A stretch of DNA of 30,000 bases. Origin: Serratia sp. (in: enterobacteria) (GTDB taxonomy: Bacteria > Pseudomonadota > Gammaproteobacteria > Enterobacterales > Enterobacteriaceae). The stretch's first letter is position 1. The number at the start of each line of letters is the position of its first letter. The DNA is taken from positions 3,634-33,633 of the forward strand of contig NZ_JBKJYW010000348.1 of NCBI RefSeq assembly GCF_046715635.1, read 5' to 3'. The notes under the pieces were generated by a model. The model searched no databases and had not been told where the DNA came from. It worked only from the letters and a program-made list of their open reading frames with translations. This document shows positions 1 to 7,206 of this stretch, one piece after another. The position numbers and the translations under genes are program-made.

Positions 1-230
1 TCACGGTTGTCTCACCGGGCTTTGTAGATACGCCGCTTACCCGTAAAAATGATTTTGCCATGCCCGGCCAGGTGAGCGTCGAGGATGCCGTGAAGGCGAT
101 CCGTCGCGGGCTGGCGAAAGGGAAAAAGCACATCGCCTTTCCCAGCGGATTCAGCCTGGTCATGAAGCTGCTTTCAGGGCTCCCCAATTTCCTTCAGCGC
201 AGGCTGTTGCGCAGGATGGTTCGCTCATGA
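1..230 (+). CDS. SDR-family oxidoreductase, C-terminal fragment (5' end lies upstream of the window)
   Basis: The frame is open from the window edge (codons phased from nt 3): TVVSPGFVDTPLTRKNDFAMPGQVSVEDAVKAIRRGLAKGKKHIAFPSGFSLVMKLL... The PGFVDTPL segment is the conserved stretch after the YxxxK catalytic region of classical short-chain dehydrogenases. Stop TGA 228-230 overlaps the next start (ATGA). It is absent from the ORF track because no start lies in the window. Confidence 0.7.
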   Translation, partial: TVVSPGFVDTPLTRKNDFAMPGQVSVEDAVKAIRRGLAKGKKHIAFPSGFSLVMKLLSGLPNFLQRRLLRRMVRS

Positions 231-1486
231 ACATCGCCATTATCGGCAGCGGTATCGCAGGGCTCACCTGTGCCTGGCGGCTGGCCGGACATCATCAGGT
301 CACGCTTTTCGAAGCGGCACCCAGGGTGGGTGGGCATACCGCCACGGTGGATGTCAGCACGCCGCAGGGCACGTATGCCATTGATACCGGGTTTATCGTC
401 TACAACGACCGTACCTATCCGCGCTTTATGGGCCTGCTCAGCGAGTTGGGCATCAGCGGGCAAAAAACGCAGATGAGCTTCTCCGTACATAATCCGCAAA
501 GCGGGCTTGAGTATAACGGCCACACCCTTACCTCGCTGTTTGCACAGCGTCGTAACCTGGTTAATCCAGCGTTCTGGGGGCTGCTGAGAGATATCATGCG
601 CTTCAACCGCCTGGCAAAAGAGGCGTTGGCGGACAACGTTAACGAAAACGCCACGCTGGGGACTTTTCTTGAACAGCACGGCTTCAGCGCGTTTTTCGCG
701 CGTCATTATATTCTGCCGATGGGGGCTGCCATCTGGTCCTCGTCGCTGCAGGAGATGCGCCGCTTCCCGCTTCCGCTGTTTTTGCGCTTCTTTGAGCATC
801 ACGGCCTGCTGGACGTCACTCAACGTCCGCAGTGGTATGTGGTGCCCGGAGGTTCTCGCGAGTACGTACGCGCCATTTTGACCCAGTTGGGTGACCGCCT
901 GACCCTGCACCTCAACGCACCGGTGCAACAGGTCATCCGCCACAACGGGGGAGTTGAAATCCAGCTTGCGCAGTCGAGCCACACGTTCGACCAGGTGATC
1001 TTCGCCTGCCATTCCTCACAGGCGCTGGCGATGCTTGCTCATCCAACTCCTGCAGAAAGCGAGGTTCTGGGCGATATTGGCTGGCAGCATAACGAGGTGG
1101 TTTTGCACAGCGATCCACGCTGGCTGCCGGTGCGCGAGCGTGCCTGGGCAAGCTGGAACTATCGCCTGAGCGAACGGGACCAGGCCAGCGCCTGCGTCAC
1201 CTACAACATGAATATCTTACAAGGGTTACCTGAGGGTAGCCCCCTGTTCTGCGTCACCCTGAACCCGGAAACGCCGGTGGACGAGCGCTACGTCTGGAAA
1301 CGCTTTGTCTACGAGCACCCGCTGTTTAACCCGCAAAGCTGGCGCGCCCAGTCTCGCCGCAGCGAGATTAACGGCCACCAACGGAGCTGGTTCTGTGGAG
1401 CTTACTGGTACAACGGTTTTCACGAGGATGGGGTACGCAGCGCGCTGGACGTGGTGAAAGGGATCGCTGCAGGGGAGGACCTGTAA
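227..1486 (+). CDS. NAD(P)/FAD-dependent oxidoreductase (amine-oxidase / phytoene-desaturase-like; UfaD-like by context)
   Basis: 419-aa ORF. The N-terminal Rossmann fingerprint is MNIAIIGSGIAGLTCA (GxGxxG), followed by LFEAAPRVGGH. It sits directly upstream of a DUF1365 gene and a CFA-synthase-like gene, the canonical neighbourhood for this family. ATGA overlap with the upstream SDR. Confidence 0.85.
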   Translation: MNIAIIGSGIAGLTCAWRLAGHHQVTLFEAAPRVGGHTATVDVSTPQGTYAIDTGFIVYNDRTYPRFMGLLSELGISGQKTQMSFSVHNPQSGLEYNGHTLTSLFAQRRNLVNPAFWGLLRDIMRFNRLAKEALADNVNENATLGTFLEQHGFSAFFARHYILPMGAAIWSSSLQEMRRFPLPLFLRFFEHHGLLDVTQRPQWYVVPGGSREYVRAILTQLGDRLTLHLNAPVQQVIRHNGGVEIQLAQSSHTFDQVIFACHSSQALAMLAHPTPAESEVLGDIGWQHNEVVLHSDPRWLPVRERAWASWNYRLSERDQASACVTYNMNILQGLPEGSPLFCVTLNPETPVDERYVWKRFVYEHPLFNPQSWRAQSRRSEINGHQRSWFCGAYWYNGFHEDGVRSALDVVKGIAAGEDL

Positions 1487-1487
1487 G

Positions 1488-2201
1488 ATGAACAGCTGCC
1501 TTTACCAGGGTGTGTTACGCCATCGTCGCTTCCAGCCGAAATCACACCATTTTCGCTATAACGTGTTTATGGCCTGGATCGATCTGGACGAGCTGGATGC
1601 GCTGCCGTCGGCGGGGATCCGCCGTAATCGATTTGCCGCGGCCGCCTTCCATGATGCGGATTACCCACTCGGCACACCGCTTAAAGAGAACGCCCTCGAC
1701 CGGCTGCAAACCCTGACCGGGGAACGTCCCGATGGCCGCGTCATGCTCCTGACCCAGCTTCGTTATTTCGGCTTCCATTTTAATCCAATCAATCTCTACT
1801 ACTGCTATGACAGTACGGGCATCCTGCGCTGGTTGCTGGCCGAAGTGCGCAACACCCCGTGGAACGAGCGCCATTACTATGCGGTGGATGGCCAGGCGGC
1901 TCGCCCGCAGCCGAAAGCCTTCCATGTCTCCCCGTTTAATCCGATGGATATGGTCTATCACTGGCGCTTCAACGCCCCCGGTAAAACGCTGCATATGCAT
2001 ATCGAAAATCATCAGGAGTCGAAGGTGTTCGACGCCACGCTCGCGCTTCGCCGTGAGCACCTAACGCGCGCGACCCTGAGAGCGATATTGCTGCGCATAC
2101 CGCTGATGACCCTGAAAACCGTCCTGGCGATTTACTGGCAAGCGTTACGGCTGTGGCTTAAACGCGTGCCGTTGTACAACCATCCCGTTAGAAGGAGTTA
2201 G
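1488..2201 (+). CDS. DUF1365 family protein (UfaO-like by context)
   Basis: 237-aa ORF. The N-terminus LYQGVLRHRRFQPKSHHFRYNVFMAWIDLDEL matches my recollection of the DUF1365 signature (hRRxxPxxHxFxYxxFxxxxDLDEL). The start is 1 nt after the upstream TAA, with GGGGAGGA as Shine-Dalgarno (SD). Confidence 0.8.
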   Translation: MNSCLYQGVLRHRRFQPKSHHFRYNVFMAWIDLDELDALPSAGIRRNRFAAAAFHDADYPLGTPLKENALDRLQTLTGERPDGRVMLLTQLRYFGFHFNPINLYYCYDSTGILRWLLAEVRNTPWNERHYYAVDGQAARPQPKAFHVSPFNPMDMVYHWRFNAPGKTLHMHIENHQESKVFDATLALRREHLTRATLRAILLRIPLMTLKTVLAIYWQALRLWLKRVPLYNHPVRRS

Positions 2202-2206
2202 CGCTC

Positions 2207-3427
2207 ATGACCGATCCTGCCTTTGCGCTTGAATCCGATATCCCTCGTAACGCCCGTATCGCGCGCTGGCTACTCTTTCGTTTGCTGAGCGGTATCCGCG
2301 AGGGCTCGCTCACCGTGCGTGAAGGACAGCAGACCCTCCATTTTGGCGATGAGTCTTCCGCGCTGCGTGCTGAAGTGCAGATCCTCGCGCCGGGTGTTTA
2401 CTGGCGTCTGCTCACCGGCGGCAGCCTCGCCGCGGCCGAATCCTGGATGGAGGGTGAGTGGGAGACGCATCAGTTAACCCCGCTTTTGCAGATCCTGGCC
2501 CTCAACGGCAAGGTGCTGGGAAGGCTGGAAAGTGGCTTTCGCCTGCTGGGCAATCCCTTGGAGCGGCTTCGCCACTGGACGCGGCGTAACTACCGCAAAC
2601 AGGCGCGGGAAAACATCGCTGCCCATTACGACCTGGGTAACGAATTCTATGCGCACTTTCTCGATGAAGATCTGCTCTACTCCAGCGCGCTGTTCACCGC
2701 CGACGACCAGGCTCTCTCCCAGGCCCAGCAGGCAAAAATGGCGCGCCTGTGCGAACAACTGGGGCTGACCGCAAGCGATCACCTGCTGGAAATCGGCACT
2801 GGCTGGGGGGCGATGGCGGAATACGCCGCCCGTCACTACGGCTGCCGCGTCACTACCACGACGCTGTCGCAGGAGCAGTACATCTGGGCTACAGAGCGGA
2901 TTGCCCGCGCGGGATTGCAGGACAGAGTTCAGGTTCTGCTGTGCGACTACCGCGACCTGACCGGAGAATTCGACAAACTGGTATCGGTTGAGATGATTGA
3001 AGCCGTGGGTAAACGCTACCTGCCGGACTTCTTCCGCACCTGTCAGGCGCGCCTGCGCCCGGGCGGCAGAATGGCGATTCAGGCCATCACCATTCAGGAT
3101 CAGCGCTACCGCGACTACAGCAAAAGCGTCGATTTTATCCAGCGTTACATCTTCCCCGGCGGGTTTCTACCGAGCATCACGGCAATGAGTGAACTGATGA
3201 CGCGTCACACCGATTTTGTCGTCCGTAATCTGTTCGATATGGGGCCAGACTATGCCCGCACGCTGACGCACTGGCGGCAACGTTTTCTGCACGCCTGGCA
3301 GGACATTGAAAAGCTCGGTTTCGATGAAAGGTTCCGCCGTATGTGGCTCTACTACTTTGGCTACTGCGAAGCCGGTTTTAACGCACGCACCATCAGCGTG
3401 GTGCAACTGACCGCAGAGCGCGTATGA
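2207..3427 (+). CDS. Cyclopropane-fatty-acyl-phospholipid synthase family SAM-dependent methyltransferase
   Basis: 406-aa ORF. It carries AHYDLGNEFYAHFLD (the CMAS-family N-terminal block), SAM motif I LLEIGTGWG, and the C-terminal WRQRF...W..Y..YCEAGF block typical of Cfa/mycolic-acid-synthase-like enzymes. GAAGGAG SD lies 9 nt upstream. Confidence 0.88.
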   Translation: MTDPAFALESDIPRNARIARWLLFRLLSGIREGSLTVREGQQTLHFGDESSALRAEVQILAPGVYWRLLTGGSLAAAESWMEGEWETHQLTPLLQILALNGKVLGRLESGFRLLGNPLERLRHWTRRNYRKQARENIAAHYDLGNEFYAHFLDEDLLYSSALFTADDQALSQAQQAKMARLCEQLGLTASDHLLEIGTGWGAMAEYAARHYGCRVTTTTLSQEQYIWATERIARAGLQDRVQVLLCDYRDLTGEFDKLVSVEMIEAVGKRYLPDFFRTCQARLRPGGRMAIQAITIQDQRYRDYSKSVDFIQRYIFPGGFLPSITAMSELMTRHTDFVVRNLFDMGPDYARTLTHWRQRFLHAWQDIEKLGFDERFRRMWLYYFGYCEAGFNARTISVVQLTAERV

Positions 3428-3909
3428 ACCGCTCTGTGCAGGTCGTGCTGATGGCTCTCGCGTTCGATCTCTACTGGACGCTGGTAGTGTTGTTTCGCGA
3501 GCGTGGACTGTTTCTGTGGCTCGCCCTGGCGATCCTGGCCTGGCTGATGCTGTCGCCTGCACACCGTGTTTACGCCCTGCTGCTGGCCGCAGCGGGCAGC
3601 GGTCTGGATGCTCTCTGGGTGCTGACAGGGCTGATCGGCTTTAACAGTGACGCTCTGTTGCCCCTGTGGATGATGGCGCTGTGGCTGATGTTCGCTACCG
3701 TCTGGACCCACTTGACCTTCACGACCACGCTGCCGGGGTGGATGCTGGCTCTGCTGGCAACCGTTGGCGGTCCCGTAGCGTATGTGATTGGCGAACGTCT
3801 GGGCGCCATTACCTTCCGGGAGCCGACCTTTATCGTCGTCAGTTGGATGGCACCGGGTTGGCTGGTTCTGATGTTGTTGTTCCATATTCTGACGGGGAGG
3901 CGACAATGA
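3424..3909 (+). CDS. DUF2878 family integral membrane protein
   Basis: 161-aa ORF that is almost entirely hydrophobic, with about 4-5 predicted TM segments (e.g. VVLMALAFDLYWTLVVLF, LWLALAILAWLML, VYALLLAAAGSGLDALWVL). ATGA overlap on both sides. The position after the CFA-like gene is typical for DUF2878. The family name is from memory of this neighbourhood, not a search. Confidence 0.65.
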   Translation: MNRSVQVVLMALAFDLYWTLVVLFRERGLFLWLALAILAWLMLSPAHRVYALLLAAAGSGLDALWVLTGLIGFNSDALLPLWMMALWLMFATVWTHLTFTTTLPGWMLALLATVGGPVAYVIGERLGAITFREPTFIVVSWMAPGWLVLMLLFHILTGRRQ

Positions 3910-4433
3910 GAACTTCTTTACTGATGCTGCTGTGGTTGGCGGCCATCGCGCCCGTCGCCCATGCTGCCGACTGGTTAAGCTGGCGCAAAGTGGGTGATGC
4001 CAGCCTCACATGGGGGCCGTTTACCGTTTATACCTCCCAACTGAGCACGCCGGATGGCCGGTATCACGGGCCGGAGCAGGATCAGGCGCTGATTATTACC
4101 TACAAACGCGATATCGATCGCGACCAGTTGGTCGAAGCCACCCGTGACCAGTGGCAGGCGCAGGGGATCCTGGAGCGCGAACCACAGAGCGAAGCCTGGC
4201 TGCGCATGCTGCAGTCACTCTGGCCGGACGTCACGCCGGGTTCTCAGCTTACCTTTGTTCTCAAGGGTAAGCAGGGGCAGTTCTGGTATCGCGCCTCAGC
4301 GGCAGAAAAAAGCTTTACCCCGCTCGGCCCCAGCCAGTCTGCAACCTTCAGTACCAACTTTCTGGCCATCTGGCTCGATCCACGCACGCAATATCCCGAA
4401 CTACGTCAGCAGTTGATCGGAGGTGAAAAATGA
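3906..4433 (+). CDS. Secreted chalcone-isomerase-fold (CHI-like) family protein
   Basis: This uses the internal start of track ORF 3666..4433. ATG 3906 overlaps the upstream stop (ATGA) and opens a classic Sec signal peptide, MRTSLLMLLWLAAIAPVAHA/AD. The 175-aa size and operon position match the CHI-like proteins I recall in these clusters. The fold assignment is unverified. Confidence 0.55.
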   Translation: MRTSLLMLLWLAAIAPVAHAADWLSWRKVGDASLTWGPFTVYTSQLSTPDGRYHGPEQDQALIITYKRDIDRDQLVEATRDQWQAQGILEREPQSEAWLRMLQSLWPDVTPGSQLTFVLKGKQGQFWYRASAAEKSFTPLGPSQSATFSTNFLAIWLDPRTQYPELRQQLIGGEK

Positions 4434-4960
4434 AACGCATTCTGACACTTGGCCTGGCGCTGATGATGCTTCTGGTGGGTTGTAGCACAGACATCAGCGA
4501 CTATCGGCATCAACAACCGTCGCTAGATATCTTCCACTACTTCCAGGGGAAAACCGAGGCATGGGGCATGGTACAGGACCGCAGCGGAAAACAGCTGCGC
4601 CGCTTCCACGTGGAAATCACTGGCAACGTCATCGGCGACACGCTGACGCTAAATGAACACTTTGTCTATGACGATGGCGAGAAGCAGCAACGGGTGTGGC
4701 ATATCCGGCGCGTGGGTGCCAATCGCTACGAAGGTACTGCAGGCGATATTGAAGGTGTGGCCAGCGGCGTGGCGGAAGGCAACGCCTTTAACTGGCGTTA
4801 CAGCATGAACGTGAAAGCCAATGGCAGTACCTGGCTGCTTCACTTTGATGACTGGATGTACCTGCAGGATGACACGCATCTGTTTAATAAAACAGAGATG
4901 AAGAAATTCGGCATCACCGTCGGTCAGGTAACGCTTTTCTTCACCCGAAAAGAACAGTAA
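4430..4960 (+). CDS. DUF3833 family (lipocalin-like) lipoprotein
   Basis: 176-aa ORF with a lipoprotein signal peptide and lipobox, MKRILTLGLALMMLLVGC/S. GGAGGTG SD and ATGA overlap with the upstream gene. The DUF3833 name is recalled from the conserved neighbourhood. Confidence 0.6.
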   Translation: MKRILTLGLALMMLLVGCSTDISDYRHQQPSLDIFHYFQGKTEAWGMVQDRSGKQLRRFHVEITGNVIGDTLTLNEHFVYDDGEKQQRVWHIRRVGANRYEGTAGDIEGVASGVAEGNAFNWRYSMNVKANGSTWLLHFDDWMYLQDDTHLFNKTEMKKFGITVGQVTLFFTRKEQ

Positions 4961-4972
4961 GAGGATAGCGAC

Positions 4973-5932
4973 ATGAATAAGCAACCCGTCATTGGGATCA
5001 GCGGATGTTTAACCGGCTCGACCGTACGGTTTGACGGTGGACATAAACGCATGAGCTTTGTCATGGACGGGCTGGCGCAGTGGGTGACCTTCAAACCCAT
5101 CTGCCCGGAGATGGCCATCGGCCTACCCGCGCCCCGTCCGGCCCTGCGCCTGGTTCAGACCACCAAAGGGGATTTCCGGCTGCACTTCAGCCAAGCTCCT
5201 CACGACGATGTGACGGAAAAAATGGCCGAATTCACGGATTCCTATCTCTCACATCTGGACGAACTATCAGGCTTTATCGTCTGCGCGAAATCGCCGAGCT
5301 GCGGTATGGAACGCGTACGGTTGTACGATGAAAAAGGCAATCGCGGGCGTAAAGAGGGCGTGGGCGTCTTTACCAGGGCGCTGCTGGAGAAATACTCGTG
5401 GTTACCGGTAGAAGAAGATGGCCGCCTGCACGATCCGGTGCTGCGGGAAAACTTTGTCGAGCGCATCTTCGCCCTGCACGAGTTGAACACCCTGAAGGCC
5501 AACGGCCTGACCCGCCATGCGCTGCTGGACTTCCACAGCCGGTACAAACTCCAGCTGCTGGCACACCACCAAGCAGGCTACCGAGAAATTGGACCGTTTG
5601 TCGCCTCGTTGCACGAGTGGGAAGACCTGGACGCATTCTTCGTGGCTTATCGCGAAAAACTGATGACGATCTTGAGAAAACCCGCCTCGCGCAAGAATCA
5701 CACCAACGTGTTGATGCACATTCAGGGGTATTTTCGTAACCAGTTGAACTCACGCCAGCGCGGCGAGCTGAATAACGTGATCCTCCACTATCGCGAGGGG
5801 CTGCTGCCAATACTCGCTCCGTTAACGCTGCTGAAGCATTATCTGGGCGAATACCCAGACCGCTACCTGCTGACGCAAAAATACTTTGACCCCTATCCGC
5901 AGAATTTAGCTTTGCGGCTGGCGATTAATTAA
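4973..5932 (+). CDS. ybgA: YbgA family protein (DUF523 + DUF1722)
   Basis: 319-aa ORF. The N-terminus KQPVIGISGCLTGSTVRFDGGHKR and the later CAKSPSCGMERV match the DUF523 2-thiouracil-desulfurase-like half. The C-terminal half (HALLDFHSRYKLQLLAHH...NVLMHIQGYF) matches DUF1722. GAGGA SD 7 nt upstream. Confidence 0.8.
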   Translation: MNKQPVIGISGCLTGSTVRFDGGHKRMSFVMDGLAQWVTFKPICPEMAIGLPAPRPALRLVQTTKGDFRLHFSQAPHDDVTEKMAEFTDSYLSHLDELSGFIVCAKSPSCGMERVRLYDEKGNRGRKEGVGVFTRALLEKYSWLPVEEDGRLHDPVLRENFVERIFALHELNTLKANGLTRHALLDFHSRYKLQLLAHHQAGYREIGPFVASLHEWEDLDAFFVAYREKLMTILRKPASRKNHTNVLMHIQGYFRNQLNSRQRGELNNVILHYREGLLPILAPLTLLKHYLGEYPDRYLLTQKYFDPYPQNLALRLAIN

Positions 5933-5959
5933 GTGCGCATGATGAGAAGGTCAGAATGC

Positions 5960-5984
5960 CCCTGATAGGAGACCCTTATCAGGG
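5960..5984 (+). terminator. Hairpin after ybgA, a candidate operon terminator (weak U-tract)
   Basis: CCCTGATAGG-agac-CCTTATCAGGG. There are 8 contiguous pairs (5960-5967 with 5977-5984) plus 2 more with a 1-nt bulge, followed by TTTG. It is the only strong hairpin downstream of the 8-gene operon. Confidence 0.45.
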
Positions 5985-6182
5985 TTTGCCGTTGCCACTT
6001 CATACAACGCCAGCAGCGGCCCACATACAGCGTTTTCACCTTCATTGGGCTTTAGCACGTCATCCATGGAGTTTGAGTCGGTTTTGCTTGGTAAGTCAGT
6101 ACACTCGCAGTGTCTCCGCTGACATCCCGTTGCATTAATCAGCAGGGAGCAGATCACGGCATCGTTATAGATACTTTTACTG

Positions 6183-6881
6183 TCAAAACGGACAAGCATT
6201 ACGAGCCTTGATCAACTCCCCACTAATAGGATGAACAAAATCCAACCCACTGGCATGCAGCATCAGTCGAGGAGACCCTTCGGTGCCTGGCAGCAAGAGA
6301 CCGCCGTACAGGTCGCAGCCCAAAATAGGATGGTCTAGTTGCTGGCAGTGAATGCGAAGTTGATGGGTGCGCCCGGTTTCTGGGGTTAGCTCTACCCGCG
6401 TCAACGGCATTAACGTCCCGTCTCCCAACTCGCGATAAAAGCGCTCAACGACCCGATAGCGGGAACGAGCGGGTTTGCCGTGGATTGAGCAAATAGACAT
6501 TAGCGGGAACAGCGCCGGGTCTTTGGCAATCGCAGCGTCTATCACCCCTTGGTCATCGTCCAGATGTCCGCAGAGCAGCGCACTGTAAAACTTGGTCACG
6601 GTGCGCTGGCTGAACTGGTGGCAAAGAGCGGCATTGATAGCCTTATTGCGGGCAACCACCATCAGCCCGGAAGTGCCGAAATCTAGGCGGTGGACCAGGG
6701 TGCAGCCGGGGAATATCTTCACCAACCGATGATGCACCGAATCGAGATTTTGCGGATTCTTCCCCGAGAGGCTGAGCAGCCCGGCGGGTTTATCGATCAG
6801 CACCAGATGATCGTCCTGATAGAGAACCTCTATCTCGTCATGGCACGGCGGGGCAATAAAGGTATCGAGGATCGTAGACAT
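6183..6881 (-). CDS. RluA-family pseudouridine synthase
   Basis: 232-aa ORF. It carries VLYQDDHLVLIDKPAGLLS (the RluA N-terminal block), the catalytic-Asp motif VHRLDFGTSGLMVVA (HRLDxxTSG), and TGRTHQLRIHCQQLDHPILGC (GRxHQLRxH...GHPIxGD-like). By eye it is only about 35-40% similar to E. coli RluA, so I give no orthologue symbol. Confidence 0.85.
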   Translation of the reverse strand: MSTILDTFIAPPCHDEIEVLYQDDHLVLIDKPAGLLSLSGKNPQNLDSVHHRLVKIFPGCTLVHRLDFGTSGLMVVARNKAINAALCHQFSQRTVTKFYSALLCGHLDDDQGVIDAAIAKDPALFPLMSICSIHGKPARSRYRVVERFYRELGDGTLMPLTRVELTPETGRTHQLRIHCQQLDHPILGCDLYGGLLLPGTEGSPRLMLHASGLDFVHPISGELIKARNACPF

Positions 6882-6997
6882 CGGGCTGCCGGATGGAGAA
6901 TGAGGGCGGATAATAACGAATTTTCAGCCAACTGACGAATCTGGCTGACGTGGCGCTCCCCCAATGACGTAATCTGAACCCATCTATGCGCCCCCCT

Positions 6998-7019
6998 CTT
7001 TTATGCATCTGCATAAAAG
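6998..7019. promoter_or_regulatory. Perfect 10-bp inverted repeat (candidate operator) in the rluA-like / acyl-CoA ligase divergent region
   Basis: CTTTTATGCA-tc-TGCATAAAAG. The arms are exact reverse complements. It lies 117 bp upstream of the rluA-like start and 224 bp upstream of the ligase start. Confidence 0.35.
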
Positions 7020-7162
7020 CAAAACCCGTCACTCACCATTCCCATCATAATTTTTATCATTTTTGATAACATTTGCTAACCAGCACGTCATAACATCGAT
7101 TTTTTTGCCCTCCCCGGATTGGCATTTTATACAAAGCGTCGGCCCCGTTTGCCGAAGAAAGA

Positions 7163-7206
7163 TGTGAAATTTTGCGCATTCTTGCACCGTTGCCTTTCCC
7201 TATACT
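7163..7206 (+). promoter_or_regulatory. Candidate activator-dependent promoter of the acyl-CoA ligase gene: -10 TATACT plus a CRP-like site
   Basis: TATACT lies at 7201-7206 with no good -35 at 16-18 bp spacing (TTCTTG/ATTCTT). TGTGA-aatttt-GCGCA at 7163-7178 matches the left CRP half-site 5/5 and the right 3/5. It is centred about -42.5 relative to a TSS predicted near 7213, which is class II-like geometry. Confidence 0.3.

Noticed and set aside
194-1012. 272-aa ORF on the - strand, antisense to the FAD-oxidoreductase gene
   Set aside because: It is fully embedded antisense in a gene with strong family motifs. Its product is Arg/Gln/Ala-rich, low-complexity sequence with no recognisable motif and no SD. 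This is a typical shadow ORF of a GC-rich gene.
3361-3906. 181-aa - strand ORF, antisense to the DUF2878 gene and the 3' end of the CFA-like gene
   Set aside because: The product is a Q/R/P/H/G-rich junk-like sequence, antisense to a well-supported, translationally coupled operon. I treat it as a shadow ORF.
3666-4433. Long (255-aa) version of the CHI-like ORF starting at 3666
   Set aside because: The first 80 codons overlap DUF2878 in another frame and encode no signal. The internal ATG at 3906 overlaps the upstream stop (ATGA) and immediately encodes a textbook Sec signal peptide, so 3906 is the real start.
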